The position numbers and the translations under genes are program-made. Shown here piece by piece: positions 51,291 to 64,000 of a stretch of 64,000 bases of DNA (its first letter is position 1; every line of letters begins with the position of its first letter). Source of the DNA: Balanoglossus misakiensis. Taxonomy: Eukaryota > Animalia > Hemichordata. Under the pieces are notes generated by a model, which made no database searches, was not told where the DNA came from, and saw nothing but the letters and a program-made list of their open reading frames with translations. Location: NCBI GenBank assembly GCA_040954595.2, contig CM082596.2, positions 9,816,461 to 9,880,460 of the forward strand, in the 5' to 3' direction.

Positions 51291-52908
51291 AAAACGTAAA
51301 TTTGGCCAAAACTCAGAAACTCAACAACCACTGGTCATATTGATTTGAAAATTGGTATGCATGTACCTTATATTTACCTCACACAGTTGTGTATGTTTTG
51401 AACTAATAGTTTGTATTTTCTATAATTTATGTATTTTTTTGTCTTTTTCCACATTTTTGGTAAAAAATCTACTTTTCTGGAATTGATGACCTGACTTCTT
51501 TGAAATTTAGTATGGGGCTTCATATAGGTGATGTGAGTTATCAAAGTTTTGTTTAAATTTGCTGCAAAATTTGCAAATTTATAATTTTGGTGCAAATTTT
51601 GCCTTTTTGATCAATTTTTTTCTGTAAAACCGTTTGTCAGATTGCTTTGAAATTTGGTAGGCATAGAGATGTGTGTTTGTCAAATCAATTTGTAGAATTC
51701 AATAGTATATTTTTGGGGTGATTTTTGCCATTTTTGGTCAAAACTCTTTCTCAGAACCCTCTACCCCATTGCTTTGAAATTTGATTTGAAGGTTCCATGG
51801 TGAGCTGTCATGATGATTTACAAAACCTATGATGAAAGTGTCAATGTTTTGTGGGGGCAATGTCTTGTATTTTGGGGGTATATTTACCAATTTTGATAAA
51901 AAATTATATTTCTCAGAAAGTGTACACTGTATGGCTGATTTCTATAAATTTTAGTTGTAAGTTAATGGGATTGGCTTCTTTAGAATTATTATGAAATCAT
52001 ATCATAGGTAATTTGGAATTTCTACTGGGCTTGCGTTTGATATTTTATTTTTTACGCGCAGTGCACGCAAAGAGCCAATTTTTTTTTCGTGAAATTGTAT
52101 TTGAATTACGTGCAACAAAATAGCGATAGACAAGCAGGCTTTCAGATAAACATACTTGAATGAGTTCTCCCTTCATGTCTAGATGGCCCAACACAAAAAA
52201 TATCATTTAGAATGTAGCGAATAAAGTACATAAACATCATGAAAGAGACTGTGTACAGTGGTCCCCCCCCCCCCCGATACGTATTAAGTACAGACAAGGT
52301 ATGGAATTCTTGTGTTATATCATCAAGGAAAATGACCCAGAAGCCCTACTTGCTTTGTTATATCTAATGGCTTCTGTGTGCATAAATTATAGCCCGACAC
52401 GTGTCAAGTTTGTGGCCTAGGTTACCGCACGTACATCATTGTGCGTCCTGCTACAGCATACAAGCGCGCGTACGCGTACATGTGTACAGGGCGCCTGACC
52501 GGCCAACCTTGACAAGGCGCCCCAGATAGCCTCGCCCGCTGTTATCTTTCAATGGATTTTTTTTGTGCGCATGTCACGCAACTGTGACAAAATATTTGCG
52601 CGCACACATTGTAGTTTTGTGTTATTTAGTGTTATTTTAAATGGGTGTCACACCGATTTAATCAGCCTCCATTCAAAGAGTACACAACAGTCGTGTTATG
52701 CATTAATTAGCAAAAGATGATAAACTGATGCGGATACAATCAATATAGCTTAATGGTGATGATTCTAAAGCAGAAGGCTAATTGTCATTAGTATCATACA
52801 TGCAGAGCCTGAATTTGCCACTTTCTATTGTTCTCACCAAATTTAGTGTAATAACCCCTAAGTACCACCCTCTAATTTTAAAGAACACTAATTATGGAAG
52901 CCCATTAA

Positions 52909-52993
52909 CCCTTTCACAACCAAGGTTCAGTCAAAACCCATTGTTTTCTATGAAAAGGTTTGACCTGCATAGAAGGAACTTGGGGTGAAAGGG
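52909..52993. mobile_element. Tiny piggyBac-like MITE
   Basis: ttaa|ccctttcacaaccaaggttc ... gaacttggggtgaaaggg|ttaa. Confidence 0.65.
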
Positions 52994-53401
52994 TTAAAGG
53001 GACAAAGTCGCTCTTTTTGACTTTTGACTCACTTGCTTTTATTAGAGGTTCCTACCTTTAAATGTTTCATAAAATGTTTAATCAAATCTGTCTACAATCA
53101 GAGTAGACATTGTTTACATATACCTTTTGTTAAATGATTGTTGTTGTATTTCAGATTGTTGTCAGGAGCAGGTGAGAAATATGGTATGATTTCTGAAGGT
53201 CTGAGTACTGCATTGCAGTTATTTGACGATATGAAGAGGTTACGATATTCAAGGTAATTATGGTAAAATTCTGAGTTTCAAGATCATTCTCTACATATGG
53301 CCCTGACTTTTTTTGGTGGTTTATCTGTTTTTGTAAAGTTCACCATGTCAACCAGGAAATGATTCCATACAGACAGTGGAGTACAACTGAGATGTGAAGT
53401 A

Positions 53402-54416
53402 CATTGAAACCTGCCTAGGAAGGACACCTCTGGGACCACAAAATGTGTCCTTAATAGAGAGGTGTCCTTAAAGGGACAAATTCTCTCCCTCGCTGCCCCT
53501 TTTCCATGAATTAGGTTTGTTACAGGGCACCATTTCTGTTATTCTCCATGTGGATATATAGTGAATCAATGTTTCACCACACACAACTTCAACCCTGCTT
53601 GTAGCCACCAGAGTGATAAAAAACACACGCCAATAATCGGTCTCTATCATTTATTCATTTTATGCGAGTTTTTATGCTCATATCATTCAAGTGGGATGGA
53701 AATTGTGTATGGTTGAACGTTCATTAACTACATATACACATGTACATTAATATAAAATGTCTCTTGTATCAAACATAATGGAAAAAATCGCGTCAAGGAC
53801 ACAGTGGTCCCATTGAGGGAATACACAAGAAAAAGTCTACACCGGAGTAAATGGCGATATACTGACAGACACACACACTAAATAGAACAGCTGGCCTCTT
53901 TAAAACTTAGCCAGTTATGTAATCATTCAGGAATTTCCTGTGTATATAAACAACTCAATAAAGTAAATACACACCACTTCGCAAAGCAATCTGACCAGTA
54001 GTTCTTGAGTTACTGAGTTTTGACTAAGTTCACATTTTTCCAGCTAATTTGCATATTTTTGGCAACGACAACTTCATTTGAACAAACTCCCATCTACAGC
54101 CCAGCCTGCATGTGCACACCAAATATCAAGGTGATACACACAGTGGTTTTCAAGTTTTTGATGTGGACGGACATACATCCATACATCCATCCATACATAC
54201 ATACATACAGATGCAACCAATCCCATAAGGTCCCATGGTATATAGGCCTATACCAATGGGACCTAAAAAGGGCAGCGAGAGAGAGACTTTGTCCCTTTAA
54301 CAGAAATGTGCATGTAATATTCTATTCAAACCATTACTCTTGTCTTGAACAATCTTTCCTTAATAGAAAGGTGTCCTGATTAGAGAGATGTCTGTATTAA
54401 TTGACAGGTTTCACTG
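53402..54416. mobile_element. Tigger-like MITE containing a TTAA MITE (53472-54296) containing a HINE/Helentron-like insert (~53785-54265)
   Basis: Outer ta|cattgaaacctg...caggtttcactg|ta; middle ttaa|agggacaaa...tttgtccct|ttaa; inner has sub-TIR ggtcccattg/caatgggacc, (CATA)n and a 3' hairpin. Confidence 0.72.
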
Positions 54417-54526
54417 TATTATCAACATTTTCAGTTTCATAATCCTTCTGGATGTCTTTGTCAGAAAATTTTGACAGCAGCCAAAACTTTCTCTGCCATA
54501 CTCACAATAAGAGAAAGCTTGCACCT

Positions 54527-54888
54527 GTGTGTAAAACGGGTTATTTTCGCAAGCAATTAATTTTTGCGAAATAGGCGAGAGCCAACAAAATGTGAAAAGA
54601 AAAAGTTGCGTAAAATGTTTTTCGGAGATAAAGATGCAATGAAATACAAGAACATGAAAATTAATCCTCGCATAACAGTTGCCTCTTTTAATATCGCGAA
54701 CATTTCCTGTCACGAAAATAATCCGTTTTACAGTAATATTGCAGGTCAGAATGCTTTTGATGAGAGAACAATACACCAGTTGCAAAGTATCTTGACTAAC
54801 ATAAAAATGATGGTATTTTCTGAAGAAGATATATTCTCGCAGTTGGTGTTTTGTTTCCTCATCAAAAGCATTCTGACCTTCAATATTA
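54527..54888. repeat. Two adjacent inverted-repeat MITE-like elements
   Basis: tgtaaaacgggttattttcg...cgaaaataatccgttttacag, then atattgcaggtcagaatgcttttgatgag...ctcatcaaaagcattctgaccttcaatat. Confidence 0.65.
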
Positions 54889-55615
54889 TTCTGTTGAGCT
54901 ATACATGCAATCTAGTCTGATCAGAGATGATTATATCATCGACAATAGATCCTGGATACTAAAAGAGCATAAAATGACTGCGACAGATACCTTGTTAGTT
55001 GTAACAGGTGTGAAATAAGAATTTGGATAACACTGACAGTATTTTGGCTATTGTTGGGGGGTGGGGTGGAGCAATAAGTGATTTTGAAACCCCATGTAAC
55101 ACCTGTCTTACCATTAATATGACTGCATTTATGGTACCATAAGGAATGTTAACAAAATGACTGGGGAACCCTGGTTACATTACCCTGATCACCACAATGG
55201 TTCAGTCCAACTGCATTGTTTTCTATGTTAAGGTTGGAGCACTGAAGAGGAAATTGGGGTGGAAGGGTTAAAAAAACACTGACTGACAATACTGCCAATA
55301 ACAAAATATTGTTTTATCTTCTCTTTGTATACAGCGCACCAATATAGAAACATTGTATATTGATCTGAACTCTCCTCCATATCCTTTGCCAAGTCAAGGT
55401 AGTATTAATTACAGTGGATTTACTGTAGAACAATTGGCTGCCATGTTGGGTGAGGTAAGTAAGCGATGTAAAACATTTCATACAACACTGCATACTAACA
55501 ATAGTCATATCAACCTGACAAGGGAAGATGAAAAAAGCCTAAGCCCCTTTGAACAGCTGTATTTTCTTGGAATCTGGTTTTATAATACACTTTGATTGAT
55601 TCCCTTACGAAAAAG

Positions 55616-56571
55616 TTCTATAGAACTTCTATTGCTTTTCAATAAAAATTTCTATTAAGAATCAATGGATATTCCATGGAAACTCAATGGAATTTCTATG
55701 GAAATTCTATTGACTTCTATGGACTTTTGGCCACTTTTCAATTAAACTTCTATAGAAGAGATATAGATTTCAATTGATTTTCTATAGAAGAGATATAGAT
55801 TTCAATTGATATTCTATTGATTTTCTATAGAAGAGTTATCGATGTGTATTGATTTTCTATAGAAGAGATATAGATTTCAATTGATTTTCTATTGAACTTC
55901 TATAGAAGAGTTATAGATGTGTATTGATTTTCTATAGAAGAGATATAGATTTCAATTGATATTCTATTGATTTTCTATAGAAGAGTTATCGATGTGTATT
56001 GATTTTCTATAGAAGAGATATAGATTTCAATTGATTTTCTATTGAACTTCTATAAAAGAGTTATAGATGTGTATTGATTTTCTATAGAAGAGATATAGAT
56101 TTCAATTGATATTCTATTGATTTTCTATAGAAAAGTTATCGATGTGTATTGATTTTCTATAGAAGAGATCTAGATTTCAATTGATTTTCTATTGAACTTC
56201 TATAAAAGCGTTATAGATGTGTATTGATTTTCTATAGAAGAGATATAGATTTCAATTGATATTCTATTGATTTTCTATAGAAGAGTTATCGATGTGTATT
56301 GATTTTCTATAGAAGAGATATAGATTTCAATTGATATTCTATTGATTTTCTATAGAAAAGTTATCGATGTGTATTGATTTTCTATCGAAGAGATCTAGAT
56401 TTCCATTGATATGCTATTGATTTTCTATAGAAGAGATATAGATTTCAATTGATTTTCTATTGAACTTCTATAAAAGAGTTATAGATGTGTATTGATTTTC
56501 TATAGAAGAGATATAGATTTCAATTGATTTTCTATTGAACTTCTATAGAAGAGTTATAGATGTGTATTGAT
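55616..56571. repeat. Subterminal satellite built from TTCTATAGAA and TCAATTGA palindromes
   Basis: Repeated ttctatagaagagatatagatttcaattgat / ttctatagaagagttat[ac]gatgtgtattgatt blocks. Confidence 0.93.
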
Positions 56572-56896
56572 CCTGTATTATCTGGTTACCAAAGACAGAG
56601 GGGTGGGATTGGGGCAAAAAGATTGATATTTATAAAAAAAAATACTTCACTGAATACTCAGCATATTCTTTCAGTCTGTTGTTTAATATTAACACATAAA
56701 TGTGCTAAATACAGTGTTGCCTCAGTCAAATTAGTTTTCTGCTGGCTTTCAGTGAAATATTTGAGAAAAAACCAACATACTCATCAAATTAAAACTTAAC
56801 ATTTTATTGCAATAAATCAATAAAAAAGGTGACATGAAAAATAGAGTTTAAATAAATAAAGATAAGCAAAACACATAAATGAAACAGTTAACCACA

Positions 56897-59800
56897 CTAC
56901 TTGTGTTTTGCTTCGGAGTAAATTTTCATTTTAATGTACTGCTCCACCTCAGCAACCTTGCAGTCAAACTTGCTGCATACAATATCTGTGGGGAAACAGA
57001 GAAAAATAATTGCTGAATGAAATTGTACTGAACCAAAGCTCAAACCTTAGAGATGTCTTTGTTTGCCATACTATATTTTTTTTTCTAAAACCTAACCGCC
57101 AGAAACAAAGAACAAACTAAATGAAAATATATCAAGGTTACGGTAGAGAGAATGGTATATTTGATTTGCAGTCCCTTAAACGCTTTTACAACTTTTTAAA
57201 GATGGCCTATCTCATTCCACATACAGGTCTCCATTAGCAGACCAAAGCAGATTTTGCAAAAGCACTGCAAAATTTGCACCCTATCTACAGCAGGTTACAC
57301 TATGTTAAAGAGGTATACATCACTGATCACTCCAAATATACAAAATGCCAATATATCTTTGTGTATTCCTATGACCTAAAATAGCAAATTAATAATTGGA
57401 GATGATAAGTAACTTAATACCTACATACCTTTAATGGCTCTTATTTTGTCGGCATCCAGCGCTGGTTTGGGTAAAGAACCCTTGACTGAGTTGCACACTC
57501 TGCCACTATACGAATGAGTCCTGAGTGTTTCCCTATCAAACACCACTGCCATCAAATCATACGTCATTTTCTTCGCTGTTGATTCGTCAACGCGGCTCAG
57601 CTGCTTGGCAGTTACTATCATCTCATCATTGACCAAAATCTGAAAAAGACCAAAATAATTGGTAACACTAGAGGCAGACACAAAATAAATATGATTTCTG
57701 TCATAGAAAACCTGATAAAATAGAAAGTACAGTAAAAACTCTATCACAGAGTTCTTACAATACTTTCTATTTTCTATGAAATCAACAGCTCTAACAATAC
57801 AACCACATTTTCCATGGAAGTAAAGTTGCAGAGCCATGATCTGTTCTAAACAGAGTTGCAATCATCAGGTCTGCAGATAAATAAACAAAAACTTTATGAC
57901 CAAAATAATTAAATTCTTTGTTTTGCATCCACTCAGATTTTGATAGGTAAGTGCACAAGTTCAGAAACACAGAAATTTTTAACAGGTAAATTTAATATTT
58001 ACTCGATAGTTTCCATGTAATACAAGCACCTTATCAAGAATCCCAGCAGAAACTAATTTTTCACCCTGTTAAGTTGCACTCAAATGTGACATTCTGCAAG
58101 CATGCAGGTGTTCCAATCACATTTCCCAAAGCATGTATACAAAAAATTTGCAGGCAGAAAAGTTTTTTTCATGAAATCTCGCAAAACATACACATGCAGA
58201 ACAAAGAATTTTCTTACTTAGGCCATATGGTTAAACCTAAGAAGCAGAAGTATTATTTGAATGACTATGACTATGTCTATGCAGATTCCTGAAATCACAC
58301 ATTCATGATAAATTGAAATAGATATCAACAGTTACCTCTTCACTGTTCAATGGGGCATCATGTGTTCCACTGGAGTTATTTGTCTTTGAGACTGCAGGTG
58401 CACCAGTCTTTACACCAAATGTTCTTTTTACATCAGCAATTTGTCCAAGCAGGCCAGGTAACTCTATACCATTTGAAAAGATTAGAAAATAGAGGTATAG
58501 GACATATGTTCATTGATTTAACTCCAATAGTTCATAGGAAAAGGAATAAAAAAGAGACAATCCTGGCAAAAAAATATTGTTAACCAATAAGACAGTGGAC
58601 CATCATCCATAAACAAAATTATTTTAATTGTGGTGAACTGAGATGTTTACATACTGACCAGCATTATCAAACTATTGTCAAGTAACTACAAAACACATAG
58701 TTTGAGAAAGCTGGTCACAAATGAAGGCTTTCATTGGTGCTGAAAAAGGTAAGTTACAGCTTGCCCAGCTTAGTCATCATGTACAAGTGAATAAATTAAA
58801 TGTTTTTCATTTATAAATTAATTATGGTAACATTTTACTTTGTATTTCAAAACATATATGGAGTCCTTGATACTTCAATTTCTCGTCAAAAAATGCTAAA
58901 AATGATGTTCTTTTGTGATATTCATGAGTATTTTCAAAAACAATCATTCTGTGGCATATTTTGGCTGTTGACTTTTGATATTTCTAAAAATAAAACCAAA
59001 AGAACACTGACAAAATAATTTGATTCAGCTAAAACCTACTCATTGCATTAAAAATATACAAGAACTAAAACAATCCACTGACTTTATTCAATGCGTGTAT
59101 CAATATTCTTTTACCTTTTAACACTCGAAGAGAATAGCATAGTGCAGCATTTTCCTCCTTCAATTCCCTTATTTCTTGGTGTAGCTTGTCCTCATCATAG
59201 CCTTCTGAGCCACTGGACACTGGTGTTGAAGCACGGAATGAACTCTAGAATGCAGAGGAACATTAATGAAATAGACTAAAAATCACAGTTGTCAACAATA
59301 ACAACACAGTTCATACATGGATTTCAACATGCTTGTGATATTTACCCATCAACAGCACTGAACTGCAGTCACTTTTTGATGGAAATATTATTAGTTTCAA
59401 TAATTGCATAACTTTGCTCACATTTTAAAGATACATTTTGCAGGGGTTGCGTTAACCCCATATTTTGCTTCCCGAACTTTTCAGGGGGACTCTTACTTTT
59501 TACACAGAGGGGTCCCATCTCTCACATAAATACAAAAATTTTAATTTCCTGTCTTTAATTTCATGTGACAGGGACTCATTCTGAGCAAACACTAGTGCAA
59601 TCCCTGTTTCATAATTAAGCCACACAAGCTCACAACACTCTCTTATACGTCAGCATTATTTTAGCTTTTGTGCAAGTTTGGAAGTAAAAGTATATGCTTC
59701 AGGGGCAGAAATTGTAGCGTATGACATTGCCAGTACTTACAGACTTAAGTGACTGGACATCCTCCTCCATTTTTTTACGAACTTCAGATGTCTTCTTGCT

Positions 59801-60724
59801 TTCTAACTTTCTCAGCAAATTTAAAGACGAATTCTTTTGGCTGATCTTCTTTTTTTTTATTCAAGTTATTTTTTTCCTGAAAAAGAAATGAAATGATTAT
59901 TGTGAGATACTTCTGAACACTTGGCATGGAGTTTTGAAAATGGGTGTTTATATTGACAACGAGAAATTAATATCATCTGTACCTAGATAAATCATATTGA
60001 ATTCTGCATCAGCCACATGGTAGTTAAATATCAACTTACCGGTACATAATCATCTTCATCATCTTCGCTGTCGGTGTAGATTCTCTTTGGTGCCTTTTCA
60101 CGTTTCCCCCGTCCATATTCTGGAGTCTTAATGTTTGTGTTCACCCCTTTTTTGACATAGACGTTGGCTAGTCGCAACAGCTCCTGCCTGTCATCTGTAA
60201 AGATAAACATTATGACCTGGTTGTGAAAAACACACACACACACAACTGAATGAGAAACTTTTGCTGACGATCAAAAATGCACAACACAAACCACGTAAAA
60301 AAATTGTGTCACAAAGTAAAACAAAGGGGTTGCTGGCTTTCCTGGCAACTTGTTTTGTTATGCAAATAGTATAACAATGAACAGGAAGTAAACAAGCTGT
60401 GTTTGGTTCAAGGGAGCCCAAGACCCTGGGATCGAGATAAAGGTAACTTTCTACAATGAACGTCTTCAACATTGGGAAATGTTTCTACCTGACACGTTTT
60501 TTTTGAGTTTTGAAAAAATCCAAACAATTCTTACCGCTAAACTTGATAACTCTTGCTACATATCTCGCCGGATCTCTTCCTGCCTTCTTTGATGGCCACT
60601 GGACAGCACAATCTTCGTCGAAGTCAAAACTCATAACGTCGTCTTCATCGAGATCTTCTATCCAATTCGTCTCACCAACTTCAACACTCTTTTCTTCGTA
60701 AAAATCAAATAAAGCGTACTTCAT
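56897..60724 (-). CDS. Multi-exon BEN-domain protein (transposon accessory gene)
   Basis: Exon 60724-60535 (MKYALFDF..VQWP..YVARVIKFS), ~60194-60040, 59876-59741 (possible 1-bp homopolymer frameshift), further small exons, BEN-like exon ~57638-57429 (LMAVVFDRETLRTHSYSG..KPALDADKIRAIK) and final exon 56985-56897. Confidence 0.75.
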
Positions 60725-61163
60725 GGTGACTAGATCGACGTTCGTAAGTAGAGAAATCTTAAGCGGAGCTGGTAGCGAGTGACGCGTGGTGTGTCTTCGG
60801 TGGTTACTGAATCAGCTGTAAAAGGTCAGGAGTTCGCCGACTATTTATTTACCTTGATGCATGCTGGGTAAGAAATGCGGGCGTTTATGAGAAGAGTCAA
60901 AGGTCATGCAGTAGGTCATGTGATTTTAAAATACAGCATTTCTTAGAGCTGAGATGTTATTTGAAAAAAAAACACGTTAAGATATCATTCACTTTATTTT
61001 GAAACGCCAAAATTCACCTTAAAGTAGTACCACAGATCGATCGGAACGTTAAAATTTGTACTTGAGATGATGCCATATCTATCACCCAGCATGCACCGCA
61101 GTCACCGACGCTTGCACAGCTGATTCACTAGATCATCAGATCGCTGTTCGTCGCAGAAGAGAC
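60725..61163. promoter_or_regulatory. Bidirectional promoter region with mirror-image motifs
   Basis: CpG-richer gap between divergent ATGs; tgaatcagctgt/acagctgattca and tgcatgctgggt/acccagcatgca pairs. Confidence 0.6.
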
Positions 61164-64000
61164 ATGTCGAGGGTCGTGCGCGGTCCATACAAGTGTTACC
61201 TAAATGATACCGAAGTCAGTATTCCAAAGAGAACCTTGTTTAGATGGCGAATTCGCGATAAACATGGTTTAGAGGTAAGTGTAGCTCTTTTTTTACCACG
61301 GCCTGAAGTATGCGCCGCGCTTGCTGCAGCTGCAGTTCCGTAGCCTGCAACATTCCTCGATGTGTGTGTGTTACGGAAAGGTGCCCCTTCCGTAACACAC
61401 ACATCGAGGAAAGTTGCTGGCTACGGAACTGCAGCAAGCGCCGGGCGAAAACTGGCATTGTCTGTCATTTCTCGGTGATTGTTATAATTATAGGGTGTCA
61501 TAGGTAGTGTATGCATTTTATTTCTGTTCTTTTTGGTTTTATTAAAGTCCAAAAGGCTAGCTTGTACATCTCCAACTCTTTGTCTAAATATAGCAGCATT
61601 TATGCTGCTGCAGTATTTTTTTAATTGAAAAATAATTTAGTACTACGAATATTGAGGGAAAAAAAAAAAAAAAAACAGGTCATTACTGACACCAGCCTAC
61701 TTTTCTTTATAAGAACTATTAAAGCATTAGCACTTTCCTCTGAGATTTAGAATCAAATGATGTAATATGCATTATGTAGTCCCGCTATACTGAAATACAT
61801 ATCTTAACCACATTCTATTCATATCTTTCAGACTGATGATATCGCCATCGACACTGACAGTTGTTCTGTAAATAGTGACTACCAATCTGAAAGTGGCAAT
61901 GATGAATATTTATATGATGGTAACGCCTCTCATGACAGTTATCGAAGTGGACTAACTTTCTCTCACAGAGATACAGACATTGATGAATACAGCACTACAG
62001 AACCAGACACAGATGACTATTTATCAGCCGACGAAACATCAGATGATCAGACATCATTCATCATAGATGACCAAGTACCAGCTCAGGAAACGTCACATGT
62101 CAACTTACTGAGTGACGGAAGTGGAGAGATTGAAGAAAGTGAAGAAATTATACACACACGCATATCAAACAAAAACACTAATGGGACGGGCACAGGAGAA
62201 AGTGGTGATGAATTGGTAGGTTCTGCTTTTGACTTTAAAAATTTTATGGTTGCCAATTTGAATTTTGTGCGGTAACTTACCTTAATCACTTATGATCTAT
62301 GACTTTTTACATTATTTTGATGATTTACTTTCAAAGTAAGTGTACTTACTGAAGGGTGTGCATTTACAACTTGAAAAAGTGGACATGGTGCAATATACAC
62401 ATTGATTCCTTGACAGAAACATGACAGTGATACACACCAAAATGTCTCTATTCTTTTAGCAATGTGACCAACTTTTGATCATCGGAAATTTAAAAATTGT
62501 TTATTTGTTTAGCTATTACAACATCGTTTAGTATTCCACTAATCAATCTGTTTTATATGTTAATGCAACTTAATACACATCGTTATTATAAAATATAAGT
62601 ATGAAAGCTAGTGTCTCTATGGTTGTGAATGCATTTATTTTAATTCTCAAGGAGGCCTATTATTTAGAGCATGACCCCTGTTTTCAAAATCTGGTGATCA
62701 ATGCATAAGAGATCAGAGCCTGTTTTCACAAGGTCAAATCAAGGTTAAATGTGTCAGTCCTGTGAGTGTGACCATTGCATTGTTCATGTTATTTCTGGTT
62801 GTCCTATTTTTCTAAATGTACTACTATTTTTCTAATTCTCAGGGAGCTGAAGAAGGAACTGGAGAGATGAATGTCACAACAGAACAGCTTTGTCTACTTC
62901 TCCAGGCTTTTGTCCTCAGACTCCGACTTACGAAAGATGCTCTCAAAGACTTGTTGCACGTCATTAACCTGATAGCACCAGAAACTGTACCAGCAACACC
63001 ATACTTTTTTAAGAACTGTTTTGCTGAGACAGCTGTGTCGTGTAAGAAGCACTTCTATTGCTGTAGTTGTATGGCATATCTTGGTGCCGAGGGCGAAATT
63101 CAAACTGACACCACTTGTGGTAGCTGTAATGAGCCTTTCAGTGAGCAAATATCTGTAGCAAATAACAATTTTTTCATTGTAATGCCAATCAAGGACCAAC
63201 TTGTAGATTTATTAGAAAATCAGAATATTAATAGTGAATTGTCAGTTTCAACTTTATTGGATGGCTCCATTTATCAAGATCTCCTTGAAAATGGTATCAT
63301 AAGAGATAATGACTTAACCCTTCTTTGGAATTGTGATGGGGTCCCTGCCTTTAAGTCCTCTGGTTTCTCAATATGGCCCATTCAGTGTGTAGTGACAGAA
63401 CTGACTCCAAAATGTCAAAAACAAAATATTCTCATGCCTGGCCTATGGTTTGGTCAATCCAAACCACAGATGGATTGTTTTTTGGCACCATTTGGTGAAG
63501 AATGTGTGAAATTGGGTAATGATGGTTTTACCTGGAGAAATCAAAGTTCTGGTGAGATAATCACAACATGTGTCCATGTGTTATTGTGTTCTTCTGATTC
63601 AGCTGCCAGGCCTTTGATGCGCAATTGCAAACAGTATAATTGGCAGTATGGATGTGACTGGTGCCTGCACCCAGGGGAATACATAGCAAAGGGCAATGGT
63701 CATGCACGTGTATATAGTGTACAGGATCTTCCTCATCCTGAGTTGAGGAATAACGATCAGTATGAGGATTGTTGTAGGCAGGCGGTTGAAAGAGACCGAC
63801 CAATATTGGGTGTGAAGGGACCCAGTGTGTGTATGTTGCTTCCCAATTTCGACATTGTGAAAGGGTTTGTTCCTGATTATTTGCATTGTGTTTTATTAGG
63901 GGTTGTCAGGCAAATCACCTCACTTTGGCTTGACAGTGAAAACAAGCAGAAACCCTGGTACTTAGCCCCTGCTAAACAACGTGTAATTAATTCCCGTTTG
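61164..64000 (+). CDS. EnSpm/CACTA-family transposase (3 exons seen, open to the window end)
   Basis: Phase-0 exons 61164-61274 (MSRVVRGPYKCYL..IPKRTLFRW), 61832-62215 (acidic) and 62843-64000: WNCDGVPAFKSS..SIWPI, LWFGQSKP, SDSAAR..YGCDWCLHPG, GVKGPS, PDYLHCVLLGV. No stop seen; absent from the ORF track because it is unterminated. Confidence 0.9.

Larger units (their letters stand above)
53155..55454 (+). pseudogene. MED25: Two exons of Mediator subunit 25 (VWA domain), second exon disrupted
   Basis: Exon 53155-~53253 reads GAGEKYGMISEGLSTALQLFDDMKRLR. Exon 55335-55454 reads API*KHCILI/NSPPYPLPSQGSINYSGFTVEQLAAMLGE. These match the MED25 motifs EGLSTALQLFDD and ICNSPPY; both have GT-AG ends. 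One TAG and a 1-bp deletion. Confidence 0.85.
55602..64000. mobile_element. EnSpm/CACTA-type (CMC) DNA transposon, left part; continues beyond the window
   Basis: Candidate CCC terminus (cccttacgaaaaag), subterminal satellite, divergent BEN gene and EnSpm-like transposase. Right TIR not in the window, so the boundary is inferred. Confidence 0.7.

Noticed and set aside
55616-56571. Second CRISPR-like array
   Set aside because: Internally repetitive satellite without unique spacers.

Overview
Eukaryotic, intron-rich, AT-rich animal DNA (a marine invertebrate is my inference) made almost entirely of adjacent and nested transposable elements. From left to right: a 5'-truncated CR1/L2-group LINE (-); the disrupted last exon of a DAPK/ROCO-type COR+death-domain gene (+); a spliced, dead Kolobok-type transposase gene (-) with a full-length Sola2 element (4-bp TSD) in one intron; a very large, dead CMC-group transposase with RAG1/Transib-like motif order and an embedded SAP domain (-), into which a young Mag-clade Gypsy element (144-bp LTRs, 5-bp TSD) has inserted; an 8.86-kb IS3EU-type transposon (6-bp TSD) with long TIRs built from arrays of a perfect 22-bp palindrome, carrying a damaged transposase and an intact SAM-like/HECT E3 ligase gene; an 873-bp tandem duplication; two exons of a MED25 pseudogene; and the left part of an EnSpm/CACTA-type element with a palindromic subterminal satellite, a BEN-domain gene and an open transposase running off the window. 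Many MITE-like and hairpin repeats are interspersed. All family calls come from motif recognition by eye and exon models were assembled by hand; no searches were run.
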